From the NCBI GenBank assembly GCA_963676915.2, contig CAXXVK010000024.1:1-64000 (forward strand): DNA of 64,000 nucleotides, written 5' to 3'. This stretch comes from Myxococcota bacterium. Lineage in GTDB: Bacteria > Myxococcota_A > SURF-8 > G963663525. Numbering within the stretch: position 1 is the stretch's first letter; each line of letters opens with the position of its first letter. This document shows positions 20,757-31,004 of this stretch, in pieces. The notes under the pieces were generated by a model that saw only the letters and a program-made list of their open reading frames with translations, was not told where the DNA came from and made no database searches. The translations under genes were made by a program, and so were the position numbers.

Positions 20757-21173
20757 ATGAGCCAGAAAAAGCCGAAAAACAACCGTATTTTCATAGGTTT
20801 GCTATCCTTGCCGCTTGCAATGAACGGCCTGTTGTTCTGGCTTTCCCATCGCTCTACCCTGCCCATCGATCCATTGTTTCCCCACTTCGATAAAGTTGCA
20901 CACTTCGGCGCGTATTTCGTGCTCTGCGGATTATGGCTGCTGGCGTTGAGCTGGAAGACTCCGCCATGGAGCCTCTCCAGGATAATCATTCTTTCGCTCG
21001 TATTTACGATAGGTTACGGAGCTTTCGACGAAATCCACCAGGCTTTCGTACCCGGTCGCGTTGCCAGTCTGGCCGATCTGCTGATGGACGCGCTCGGAGC
21101 GATCACAGCATCAGAATTCGTTAGGAGATTCGCACCAAAGGGCTTGTTTCCTTTTAACCCGCATACTTCATGA
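20757..21173 (+). CDS. VanZ family membrane protein
   Basis: DKVAHFGAY, DEIHQAFVPGR...DLLMD. Confidence 0.9.
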   Translation: MSQKKPKNNRIFIGLLSLPLAMNGLLFWLSHRSTLPIDPLFPHFDKVAHFGAYFVLCGLWLLALSWKTPPWSLSRIIILSLVFTIGYGAFDEIHQAFVPGRVASLADLLMDALGAITASEFVRRFAPKGLFPFNPHTS

Positions 21174-21526
21174 GGATCGTAGCGAGACGCCGAAAACCGA
21201 AGACATTTCTAGAAGTTGGAGCGATTTTTTAACGGAAGCATACTTGACAGGTTGTTGAGTATAAAAAATCGGGAAACGAGTGAAAGATCAAGAGTTTTCA
21301 AGTCGTAGGTGATTCTTCATGAATTATGCGGGGTAATCCTAATTCATGATCCCTGCCCAGAACATTGTTGACTTCGAACGCATCTTCAGTTCACTATAAA
21401 AAAAGAACGAATTATAAATATAAACAATTCTGAACGTATCCAATAGCCGACAAGAAACCCGCTCCGATGGAAATTAGATTCTCTGCGACACCATCCGTAC
21501 GATCCGGCTATCTTGTAGGAAGGCAC

Positions 21527-22894
21527 ATGAACCCTATGAAAGATCGCAGCAGCCGTTTCTTTATTTGTCTGGTTTTTGTCGTGATGATCTCGACGATTTC
21601 TTTTTCATCCTGGGCAAAAGAAGCGGATTCAACCGTTTCAAACGACAACAACCCACCGGGTGAAACGAAGACATGGACAATCACCTTTTGGGGGCTGACA
21701 TCCGAGGATCTGAAAAAAGAAGCGATCGAAAGCCTGAACCGGCGGATTATCCGCCAGTTCGAGAACAGCGGGAAGGTTACCCTTTTTTCCAAGGATGACT
21801 TATCGGAAGCCGTTTCCTTGAAAGCTCTCGAAGAAGGGAATTCCTGCGAAAAAGATCGTGGGTGCATGACGAACCTTTCCATCTTGGGTTCGAAACTGCT
21901 GCTCAACGGAAACGTCGCGAAAATCGGGGACAAATGGTTGCTGACGGCTTCGGTTTTCGATACGAGCAAAGTGGAGATCGTGGGCCGTGTCAGCCGGGAA
22001 ACGAGGAAAGAAAATCTCGAATCCACCGCTGACGCCGTGGTCAAGGAAATCCTTTCGACGATAGAAGGGTCGATCGAAACTGAAAAACAGACCGTTGATT
22101 TAAGCGCCCTGGGCGATCACCCGAGTTTCGCCGTATTCGACCTCAAAGCGCACGGTGTACCGGAAAGTCTGGCGAAAAACCTTACAAACGTCGTTGCCCT
22201 GGAACTCAAGCAATTTCAAGGAATTACGGTAATTTCTCGCGAAGAAATCAAAACCGCTTTGCAGTTCGAGGCCGACAAGCAGAGCCTGGGATGCGATTCC
22301 GTGTCCTGCTTTGCGGAAATCGGCAACGCCATGGGCGTGCAATACCTGATGATGGGTTCGGTTGGCAAACTCAAAGACACCCACATTCTGAACCTTCAGG
22401 TCATCGATATCCGCGAAACCGCGATCATCGGACGAGCGTCGGAGTTCTTCACGGGACCGGAGGACGGACTGCTAGCGGCAACACGCTTCGTGCTGCGGGA
22501 TCTGTTCAATGTTCCAGCCGAAGGCCAGGGATTTTTCAAAATGACCGCAAATGTGGACGATGTCGAGTTGATTCTCAACGGGAAAAACCTCGGGATATGG
22601 CCAGAGGCGGTTCCCGATGAACATCAGGTCGCCGGGAAATTGCAGATCATGGCGCGCAAAGAAGGGTACAGAACGCTTTCTCAGGACACATACATCGAAC
22701 CCGGTCGGCTGACCTCGATCAGCTTGAATCTTATCAAAGAACCCACTCCCTGGTGGAAAACCTGGTGGTTCTGGACGATTGCCGGCACGGTCGTTGCCGG
22801 AGGCGTCACCACCGGTGTGATTCTGGGTACTTCGGATTCGAAACAACCTTCCAGCGGGTCGGGAACCGCAACCCTACCGGGAGTCTCGCCATGA
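21527..22894 (+). CDS. Secreted protein with two DUF2380/CsgG-like domains, a PEGA domain and a C-terminal Trp-rich hydrophobic segment
   Basis: Two repeats of Cx4-5C...G.V.K...L...D; ARKEGYR PEGA-like strand; PWWKTWWFWTIAGTVVAGG tail. Confidence 0.75.
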   Translation: MNPMKDRSSRFFICLVFVVMISTISFSSWAKEADSTVSNDNNPPGETKTWTITFWGLTSEDLKKEAIESLNRRIIRQFENSGKVTLFSKDDLSEAVSLKALEEGNSCEKDRGCMTNLSILGSKLLLNGNVAKIGDKWLLTASVFDTSKVEIVGRVSRETRKENLESTADAVVKEILSTIEGSIETEKQTVDLSALGDHPSFAVFDLKAHGVPESLAKNLTNVVALELKQFQGITVISREEIKTALQFEADKQSLGCDSVSCFAEIGNAMGVQYLMMGSVGKLKDTHILNLQVIDIRETAIIGRASEFFTGPEDGLLAATRFVLRDLFNVPAEGQGFFKMTANVDDVELILNGKNLGIWPEAVPDEHQVAGKLQIMARKEGYRTLSQDTYIEPGRLTSISLNLIKEPTPWWKTWWFWTIAGTVVAGGVTTGVILGTSDSKQPSSGSGTATLPGVSP

Positions 22895-24714
22895 GAAGCC
22901 TTGCTGTTACGGTATGGGTGATTTTCGTTGTGTCTGTCTTTGGCCTGACATCCTGCGAAGAAACGGAATCCGAAGGAACTTTCGCTCTGGAGTTCGTTTG
23001 GGGTGAAGATCGCCCCGATTCCGAGGATACGCTGTTTGTCTGGGGGCAGGTGTTTCGGGTGCAGGAAGACGAACGTATCGCCGTGGCGGATTCCACCATC
23101 GTTCCTTTCGATACCGCCCAGGGAACCCAACTCGCTTTCGAAAACGTTCCGAACCACGAAAGTCTGATGCTCACCGTCACATTTTCATCGGTACAAGACA
23201 AAGAAAGCCGACCATTGTATTTCGGAGAGTCGAAGACGTTTTCCCTCGAACCCGGACGTCACGTCACGGTTCCCATCGAAGTTTCTCTTTCTTCTGCCCC
23301 TGAAGTAACAAGTGATAACAATGGGGATATTTTCTTTTCTTTTTTGGGCGCGACCGGTCCCGAAGAATGCAGCGACTGCTATACCTCCTCCGAAACCGTG
23401 GGACTGCAATTCGAAGCCCATCGTGCCGATGAAGTGATACTTTCCAATTTCAGTGATTTTCCGGAAGGGAAACGGAGCGTTTTTTCCTTAAATGACCTGG
23501 AAAAAGATGAAAATGGCCTTTTTACCGTAGCCGAGTGGAACCTCAACGATGGTCTGGAAGATACCGGTGACGGCCAACGAACCGTCTATATGAAACTCGT
23601 CAACGCATTGGGGTACGAATCCAGCCTGTACAGCCGAAGTCTTGTCCTTGACACCGAAGCTCCCACCGATGCGGCGGTAGAGGCCGACACCTCAGAACTT
23701 TTCGCTGAAACCGCCGAGGAATTGGCTGTCGAGATGATTTTCGCCGCAGTGGGTGAAAAGGAAATGATTGTCGAAGCCTGTTCCGAGGACTGCACCGAAG
23801 AAGAAAATCGGTTCCCCGGTGGAATTGTCACCTGTTCTTCAACCGAAGATCGTCATTGCCTGTCTGCCGTGGAACAATGGATTCCCTTCGAAACCAGCGG
23901 ATGGATTTCGTTTGCTACCGATGACGTGAAAAACATCCGGGTGAAATTTCGCGATTATGCGCACAATGAAACGGATTGGGTCGTTTTTGCTTTCGACAGC
24001 GTAGCGCTGATGGATCTCCCCTGGGTGGACATCCCCGGTGGAACGTTTTCGATGGGATGTACTTCGGGCGATGCAAACTGTTACGACGAATACCCGGCGC
24101 ATACCGTTACCATCCAGCCTTTCCAGATGCTGGCCAAGGAAGTCACCTATGGCGATTACAGGAAAATGACGGGCCACTGGCCATCGAATCGATTTTTGTG
24201 CACCGAAGACAGTGACAACTGGGACGCCTGTCCGGGATTTCACATTTCCTGGCACGTGGCGAAATCGTTCTGCCTTTCCATCGGAGGACGCTTGCCCTCC
24301 GAAGCGGAATGGGAATACGCCGCCCGTGCGAAAACCGGTACCATCTACCCTTGCGGCAATGATATCACCTGCGTTGACGAAATCGCCTGGTACATCGACA
24401 ACTCGGATATCAAAGGGCACATCCCCGGATTGAAAACGCCCAATGCTTTCGGCTTGTACGACATGATGGGTAACGCCTGCGAGTGGGTCGAGGACTGCCT
24501 TCACATGGAAAACGGTTACAATATGGGGTACGTGGGTGCACCCAACGACGGCAGCCCTTGGATCGACGATTGCCACGAAAATTACAAAATCACGAGAGGT
24601 GGCGACATTTTCAGTTCTTCCAGTCAACTTGCTTCCTCTCGAAGAGGGTTCCTGAAAGCGGGTGATACGGCTTTGTTTACGGGTTTCCGATGCGTCCGGG
24701 ACTATTCGCGATGA
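22891..24714 (+). CDS. Lipoprotein with C-terminal FGE-sulfatase (SUMF1/C-lectin fold) domain
   Basis: Lipobox GLTSC; IPGGTFSMG, RLPSEAEWEYAAR, PNAFGLYDMMGN, GFRCVR; ATGA overlap with the upstream gene. Confidence 0.88.
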   Translation: MRSLAVTVWVIFVVSVFGLTSCEETESEGTFALEFVWGEDRPDSEDTLFVWGQVFRVQEDERIAVADSTIVPFDTAQGTQLAFENVPNHESLMLTVTFSSVQDKESRPLYFGESKTFSLEPGRHVTVPIEVSLSSAPEVTSDNNGDIFFSFLGATGPEECSDCYTSSETVGLQFEAHRADEVILSNFSDFPEGKRSVFSLNDLEKDENGLFTVAEWNLNDGLEDTGDGQRTVYMKLVNALGYESSLYSRSLVLDTEAPTDAAVEADTSELFAETAEELAVEMIFAAVGEKEMIVEACSEDCTEEENRFPGGIVTCSSTEDRHCLSAVEQWIPFETSGWISFATDDVKNIRVKFRDYAHNETDWVVFAFDSVALMDLPWVDIPGGTFSMGCTSGDANCYDEYPAHTVTIQPFQMLAKEVTYGDYRKMTGHWPSNRFLCTEDSDNWDACPGFHISWHVAKSFCLSIGGRLPSEAEWEYAARAKTGTIYPCGNDITCVDEIAWYIDNSDIKGHIPGLKTPNAFGLYDMMGNACEWVEDCLHMENGYNMGYVGAPNDGSPWIDDCHENYKITRGGDIFSSSSQLASSRRGFLKAGDTALFTGFRCVRDYSR

Positions 24715-27185
24715 AAAAATTCCTGCAAAAAATCGTTGTGCCTTTTCTGTTGGCATCCTTGTTTTTTTCATTGGCTAGTTGCGATGACAGCGTGGAAAAA
24801 GGATCGTTTTCGATAACGTTCTCCTGGTCGGATGAAAAACCGGCAGCCGACGAGGAATTGTACGCCTGGGGTGAAGTGTTTCGTGTAGAGAACGAAAACC
24901 GCACTCAGGTTGCGGAGTCGTCCCTTGTTCCCTTCGACACGGTATCGGGAGCAAACCTGAGTTTTACGGACGTCCCAAACGATCGGGAATTGGTTCTCGT
25001 CGTCAATTTGGCGACCGCAATGGACAAAGACGAGCGTCCCTCGTATTTCGGGGAATCGGGAACGTTCACTTTGGAGGCTGGACGGCACGTTATCGTCGAG
25101 GTTTCCCTCTCCCTGGCTCCGACACCCACTACCCGACAAAATGAGGATTTCGGAAACGGCCAGCCCTTCGAATTCGTTCTGGCAACCGGACCGGCAAGTT
25201 GTCCGGATTGCTTCACGAAAACACCGCTCGTCAATGTGCGATTTTTACCCGGCACGGCAAGCCGGGTCATGGTTTCGAATCGCAAGGATTTTCCGGTTGA
25301 TGCACGCTTGGACGTGATGCTGTCCGAACTGTCACCGAACGATCAGGGAGCCTACCTGCTGATCAACTGGAATCTGCACGAAGGACTGGAAGAGACGACG
25401 GAGGGAGAGCACAGCGTTTACATGAAGCTGCTCAACGATCAGGGGTACGAATCTCCTCTTTATGCAAGGACGATCACGCTGGACACCACGCCTCCTTCCG
25501 ATCCGGCGGTGGGTTCGTCCTCCTCGATTCTTTTTGGCGAAGACGAAGATCATCTTTACGTCGAACTCGTCTTTTCCGCCAAAGATCGCGAAGAAATGGT
25601 CGTTCAGGCTTGCCAAAACGACTGCTTGGAAACGGGAGACAAAGTGGAAGGAGGGCTTGTGGCCTGCGACGACCTGGATTGCCTTTCGGATGTTGAAGAG
25701 TGGATTCCCTACCAGACACGAGGGCGGGTAAAACTTGCGGATTCGACCGTCACCAAGATTCGCGTTCAATACCGTGACTACGCCCGAAACGAAACGGATT
25801 GGGCCGTCTATGAAACAAAGGAAACGGTGATTTACCCCCTCTCCTGGGCTACCGTTCCTTCGGGATTTTTCGAAATGGGTTGTGCGGAAGGTGATTTCTT
25901 GTGTTACGAAGCCGAACTCCCACGACATTCGGTGCATGTATCCGTTTTCCAATTGATGACGACTCCCGTCACTCAGGCGTTTTACGAAACCCTGACGGGA
26001 TTGAATCCCAGCGGCCATCCCACTTGCGCCGAATGTCCGGTTTTCAACGTCAATTGGTATGAAGCCCGCGATTTCTGCAAAAAAATCGGAGGCAGGCTGC
26101 CATCCGAGGCCGAGTGGGAATATGCCGCTCGGGCTGGCACGAAGTCGAAATACTCCTGTGGCGAAACCCTAGACTGCCTCGAAGATACCGCCTGGCACGC
26201 CTACAATTCGTGGAGTGACGAAGCCGAGGATCTTTTCGTGCAGCCGGTTGGACAAAAACAGGCCAATTCATTCGGTCTGCACGACATGATGGGAAACATC
26301 GATGAGTGGGCACAAGACTGCTACCACCAGAGCGATGCCTATTACGGAGCCCCCATGGACGGCAGCGCCTGGGTAGAAGGAGACTGTGACACAGAATATT
26401 TAGGAGGTGTCGTCGAAACCGTGCGAATGTTAAGGGGCGGTTCGTACCGAACCTATCCCAAGTATTTGCGTCCTTCGTTGCGACGAGCATCCGTACCCGG
26501 TTCCAGCAACACTCAATCCGGGTTACGCTGCGCCAGGGATATCGATTTGGATGACGACGTTCCCTTGAAGGATTGCGGTGTGTGCCTGGGAGGTACGTAT
26601 TGTCTGCCCGACGGGACGTGTTCGGATGTTTGTGAAGACCGAGAGTGCGGACCGTCGGCTTTCGATGCAGAACATTCCTGCGGAGAATGCAGCGATCCGA
26701 ACCCGTTTTGCGATTTTGACGGCCATTGCGGCATTGCACCGTTTACAACCTGGACGGACCAGGACACCGGGCTGATCTGGCAGGCTCAGGATGATTCCAA
26801 CGTGGATTCCCTGACGTGGGAAAAGGCCATGATCTATTGTAGCGAAGAGATCGGTCACGGCTGGCGGGTACCGACCCTCGATGAGATCCGTACCCTCGTA
26901 CGCAGTTGCCCGGCCACGATAACGGATGGCTCGTGCAATGTCGGCGAGGAGAGAGGATGCCTTTCCGAAGCCTGCATGGATGCCTCCTGCATCGGCTGCG
27001 AAGAGTGGAACGACATCCGCGAAGATTGCTACCTCCCCACGCAACTGAAAGATTTCTGCGGTGCGGTATGGACCGCGACTGACGCTGCGGATGACGAAAC
27101 CAACGCCTGGAGCTACAGATCCAACACCGGAGGCTTCGAACCCCTCGAAAAAAGTTATTCCCTGTATCCTTTGTGCGTCCGGTGA
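24711..27185 (+). CDS. Paralogous lipoprotein with FGE-sulfatase domain, Cys-rich linker and DUF1566-like C-terminal domain
   Basis: Lipobox SLASC; RLPSEAEWEYAAR; GLRCARD; DQDTGLIWQ...WEKAMIYC...WRVPTLDEIRTL...CVR; ATGA overlap. Confidence 0.88.
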   Translation: MKKFLQKIVVPFLLASLFFSLASCDDSVEKGSFSITFSWSDEKPAADEELYAWGEVFRVENENRTQVAESSLVPFDTVSGANLSFTDVPNDRELVLVVNLATAMDKDERPSYFGESGTFTLEAGRHVIVEVSLSLAPTPTTRQNEDFGNGQPFEFVLATGPASCPDCFTKTPLVNVRFLPGTASRVMVSNRKDFPVDARLDVMLSELSPNDQGAYLLINWNLHEGLEETTEGEHSVYMKLLNDQGYESPLYARTITLDTTPPSDPAVGSSSSILFGEDEDHLYVELVFSAKDREEMVVQACQNDCLETGDKVEGGLVACDDLDCLSDVEEWIPYQTRGRVKLADSTVTKIRVQYRDYARNETDWAVYETKETVIYPLSWATVPSGFFEMGCAEGDFLCYEAELPRHSVHVSVFQLMTTPVTQAFYETLTGLNPSGHPTCAECPVFNVNWYEARDFCKKIGGRLPSEAEWEYAARAGTKSKYSCGETLDCLEDTAWHAYNSWSDEAEDLFVQPVGQKQANSFGLHDMMGNIDEWAQDCYHQSDAYYGAPMDGSAWVEGDCDTEYLGGVVETVRMLRGGSYRTYPKYLRPSLRRASVPGSSNTQSGLRCARDIDLDDDVPLKDCGVCLGGTYCLPDGTCSDVCEDRECGPSAFDAEHSCGECSDPNPFCDFDGHCGIAPFTTWTDQDTGLIWQAQDDSNVDSLTWEKAMIYCSEEIGHGWRVPTLDEIRTLVRSCPATITDGSCNVGEERGCLSEACMDASCIGCEEWNDIREDCYLPTQLKDFCGAVWTATDAADDETNAWSYRSNTGGFEPLEKSYSLYPLCVR

Positions 27186-27497
27186 ATTTACGGATCACCG
27201 AACCCCCAACATAAAATCTTGTCCGTTCTTGCAGGTGGCATCGTCAAATCTCATACATATTTGTGCTAAACTTTTGTTTTCATAGATATTTTACAAATCC
27301 AAAGTGTGCCATAGTCTCACGAACTGGAAAGTCCGGGAGGCTGTGCGACACATGGAAGGCACAGCCTTCTATCTTGTCGGGTTTTGTAGAACAAGTAACG
27401 AGTGATGATGCCATTGCCGAACCGACCGTCCCGCCTCCAATCCTAATTCAACAGCGATTTTTCAGGAGGCTACACGTCCTCAAACCTCTGTCCAAAG

Positions 27498-27525
27498 TTG
27501 ACAACCGGGAAATACCGTGTATGAT
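27498..27525 (+). promoter_or_regulatory. Sigma70-type promoter
   Basis: TTGACA-16 nt-TATGAT; implies the next CDS starts downstream of the track's 27517. Confidence 0.5.
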
Positions 27526-27660
27526 CCTCAACATAGAAATTCATCAGTAAAAGACAGCTCCTGCTTCGGCAAGCATTATAAAATTCCGTATGTTTTTTTT
27601 AGTGCTCCGAACCATAGTGTCGATATGAAGCCTCATGAACCACGCTTTGGCCACGATGAA

Positions 27661-29232
27661 ATGAAACGAAATCTTCCACTCTTCACGACAAAACACCGAA
27701 AAATTTCCCTGATTGGGATGCATTTTTCACTGGTTTTGGTTTTGTTTTTCCTTTGGGTACAGTTTTCTTGCTCCGACAAATCCAACGCCGAAAAGATTGC
27801 CAGGGCTTTATCCAACCGACTAACAAGAGCTTTGAACTTCGACGGTGGAACATTGGAAAATGGAGAAGCTCCTGCGGGAGAAGAATCTCCCAATGCTCCG
27901 CAAATAAAACAGGTCGTTGCACCGGCATTTTTTCACCCGAATATCCCGTTCAAAATACATCTGATTACGACCCATGAAAATATCCAAGACGTGTCACAAG
28001 CCATTGTACGGATCGTCGATTCGAACAAGTATTTTGTCGTCGATGCCTCTTTTGTCGGAACTCCCATCGGTTGGGACATGACTTTGCAAGGCGTTCTTGA
28101 AGAAAATTCCGGCTTGAACGGAAACTATTTCAGGATGGAATACGCCTTTAAAAATGACAACGGACTGGTCGGCGGCTACAAAGGCAAAGCCCTCAAAGTT
28201 CCTGAAGAAGAAAAAGAACCCGAATGTACTTCAGGTCCATGCTGTAACGCAGGTGAGATCGTTCCTCCCGAAGAGTGTCAGGAGTACACGTCGTCTCCTC
28301 AGTTCGTCACCATTTCACCCGGTGAATTCTGGATGGGAAGTCCAAACGAAGAAGACTCTTGTCCCGAAGGCTATCCCGCCGACAATTGCAACACCGAATT
28401 CGGTCGATACCCGGACGAAGCTCTTCATTACGTGACACTCCGTTACGAATTCGACATGCAAACCTACGAAACCACACAGGCCGATTTTGTAACGCTCATG
28501 GGCTGGAACCCAAGCAATTTCGGTCCCAATGGAAGCGAACCTTCTTGTGGGCAAGACTGCCCGGTAGAAAATCTTTCCTGGTATGAAACGCTGGCCTACG
28601 CCAATGAATACTCCCTGCAATCGGGGTTGACACCCTGCTACGAGTTGTCGGACATTGTCTGCCGAGATGGCTTGTCCGTCGGCAATTTGTATATGAATTG
28701 TCTGAACAATTTCCAGGGTGGGATACTGTCGGCCTCCGTGACGTTTTCTGATGGAAACGAAAAGCCCCAAGACTGTGAAGGGTATCGATTGCCGACCGAA
28801 GCGGAATGGGAATATGCAGCACGGGCAGGGAGTCTGACGGCCTTTTATCCCAGCGAAGGAAACGATGGTTCCATCGAACGAACCCAGTGTGCAATCGATA
28901 AAAACCTGGATCAAATCGCCGTGTATTGTGCCGACGAAAGTGGTCATCCAAGCGAAGTGGGAATAAAAGAACCCAACGCCTGGGGATTGTACGATATGAG
29001 CGGAAATATTTTCGAATGGTGTTGGGACTGGTATGAACGAGATTATCCTGAATCCTCGACAGGAAACCCGGTAGTGGACCCAACAGGACCGGACACAGGT
29101 GTGTACCGGGTATTGAGAGGCGGCAACTGGAATTACGAAATTCGCGATTGCCGAAGCGCCTATCGAGGACTTTTTACGCCTGACACCCGTACGTATCTCG
29201 CAGGTTTCCGTCTCGTACGTACAAATCCCTGA
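27661..29232 (+). CDS. Lipoprotein with FGE-sulfatase domain (start uncertain: 27625/27661/27718)
   Basis: Possible lipobox VQFSC; ISPGEFWMGS, GYRLPTEAEWEYAARAG, PNAWGLYDMSGN, RVLRGG, GFRLVR. Confidence 0.85.
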   Translation: MKRNLPLFTTKHRKISLIGMHFSLVLVLFFLWVQFSCSDKSNAEKIARALSNRLTRALNFDGGTLENGEAPAGEESPNAPQIKQVVAPAFFHPNIPFKIHLITTHENIQDVSQAIVRIVDSNKYFVVDASFVGTPIGWDMTLQGVLEENSGLNGNYFRMEYAFKNDNGLVGGYKGKALKVPEEEKEPECTSGPCCNAGEIVPPEECQEYTSSPQFVTISPGEFWMGSPNEEDSCPEGYPADNCNTEFGRYPDEALHYVTLRYEFDMQTYETTQADFVTLMGWNPSNFGPNGSEPSCGQDCPVENLSWYETLAYANEYSLQSGLTPCYELSDIVCRDGLSVGNLYMNCLNNFQGGILSASVTFSDGNEKPQDCEGYRLPTEAEWEYAARAGSLTAFYPSEGNDGSIERTQCAIDKNLDQIAVYCADESGHPSEVGIKEPNAWGLYDMSGNIFEWCWDWYERDYPESSTGNPVVDPTGPDTGVYRVLRGGNWNYEIRDCRSAYRGLFTPDTRTYLAGFRLVRTNP

Positions 29233-29268
29233 TTTCCAAAAATATCCTATTCTAGAATTGAATATGCA

Positions 29269-30525
29269 TCATTCCAGTTCTGGAGGAGACCCTTTTTCTT
29301 CCAACAAGTCTTTCCATTGAGCGGTATCGTTGTCAATCAAGGCGGTCAGCCACTCCGACATGCTTTGACCGTCAAGGATCGTTTCGTCCATTCCACCAAT
29401 TTTTACACCGGACATAAGGTCTTCCAAGCCTCCTTCCGGCAACTCAATAGCCGTCAGATCCGAGCCGATAATACTGTTGGGGGTACCCAGCAAAGACGTG
29501 TGTTGTATGCCATCGGTAATGAAACGCCGAAAACGATCCGGGAATGCGGCATGTATGCGATCCGTCTGTTCCTGCAAGCCTTTGGCAAATTGCTCTCCCG
29601 GAATATGCAAAAAGACTTTTGCAAGAATCGAATCGTACCAGGAAGAGTACATTCCGACTCGAACGTCTGGATCGTAGTCGAGAAAATAGGAAAGCAAACC
29701 GGTGATGTGACCGTTGTCCTGACAATCCTCGCAATCCTCAGGGAAGAAATTTTGCACGTTAAATTCATTCAAGGCAGTTTGTAAATAGTCCGGCTCGCCA
29801 TCACGGGCCAGACCGATACCGGAATCGGCCATCATGATCAGTTCCACATCCGGGTAGTAATGCCTTAAAAGCGGACCGGCAAGCAAGAGTCCATATCCCC
29901 CGCCGGAACTTCCTGCCAGCAAGATGCGTTGCGGATTGGGAAAACGAAACTTCGTAACTTCCAAGGCAGCGGTTAAATTGGCCAATCCCTTGTGATAGCG
30001 TGTACCCAAATCATTGATGTTGTCATCGTGTTGGGCTTCTCCCACGAAAAACGACCCGTCACAATAGGGAAGATACACAATGCTCCAGTCGGCCACCGGG
30101 TTGCTTGACAGATCCTCATTGAGCAGATCGACCAGAGGAATGCCTTCCGGCGCGGCAGTAATGGCCAGACAAAACTCGGACCAGCAAGCCCCTCCTCCTT
30201 GCAGAAACACAACCAAGTCCGGTGATCCGGTATCCCTCACACTGACTTTATACTCTGCGCCTCGCATACAAATCGGTCCTTGAGCCGAATCGAACCGATA
30301 TGTGGCTTCCTGTCCGTCATGTGAATATTCGATCGGATCGATCTTCCCAACGTATTGGGTGAGTCCAAGCTTCTCGGCAAGAGATGCAGAAATGGTTTCC
30401 ACATCTTGATCCCCACCGGATAAATCTCCATCCGCCGCCAGTTTGTCGGAATTGCCGCCACAATTGGCAAGAATCAGGATGAAAACAAGCCAAAACATCC
30501 AACACCGGGCTATAAGTCCATGCAT
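29269..30525 (-). CDS. Pectinacetylesterase/Notum-family hydrolase lipoprotein
   Basis: Lipobox ILANC; FLQGGGACW, YLPYCDG, GSSGGGYG, ADSG. Confidence 0.85.
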   Translation of the reverse strand: MHGLIARCWMFWLVFILILANCGGNSDKLAADGDLSGGDQDVETISASLAEKLGLTQYVGKIDPIEYSHDGQEATYRFDSAQGPICMRGAEYKVSVRDTGSPDLVVFLQGGGACWSEFCLAITAAPEGIPLVDLLNEDLSSNPVADWSIVYLPYCDGSFFVGEAQHDDNINDLGTRYHKGLANLTAALEVTKFRFPNPQRILLAGSSGGGYGLLLAGPLLRHYYPDVELIMMADSGIGLARDGEPDYLQTALNEFNVQNFFPEDCEDCQDNGHITGLLSYFLDYDPDVRVGMYSSWYDSILAKVFLHIPGEQFAKGLQEQTDRIHAAFPDRFRRFITDGIQHTSLLGTPNSIIGSDLTAIELPEGGLEDLMSGVKIGGMDETILDGQSMSEWLTALIDNDTAQWKDLLEEKGSPPELE

Positions 30526-30679
30526 CGTGAACCTTCCAGCATTTTCGAGATATAAAGTTTTTCGTATTGCTGATTGATTTTTAACAGATTACAGGATGTT
30601 TGTCTATTTTATGAGTCGTTTGCGTTTGACTCAGGTGCATCACAAAATATAGCAACTTTCGTAAAATCCTCTTTTTTTC

Positions 30680-30774
30680 GTAGCGGCGAGGCGTAAGCCC
30701 GCCGTTTTTACCTTTTGAAGGTTGCTTTTATACCCCCAATCTCCCTTTTCGGCGGGCTTACGCCTCGCCGCTAC
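30680..30774. repeat. GTAG-type REP doublet (REPIN-like)
   Basis: GTAGCGGCGAGGCGTAAGCCCGCCG (30680-30704) and its exact reverse complement (30750-30774), 45-nt spacer. Confidence 0.8.
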
Positions 30775-31004
30775 AACCAAATGAATGAATGATTCAATAT
30801 TATTGGGCCAATTCGCACCATTTTGTGATGCACCCGTTTGACTCAGGGCGAAAATTAAGGACGACAGGAGATAATGTTAGGATGGCTTTTAATGGCATGG
30901 CAAGAGACAAGGTTCAAGAACTTCAAATAACAATCGCGACTAGGAAAACCGCCACGTTATTGCTATCATAAACAGGTTCAACAAACGAAAACCAAGGAAA
31001 GAGC

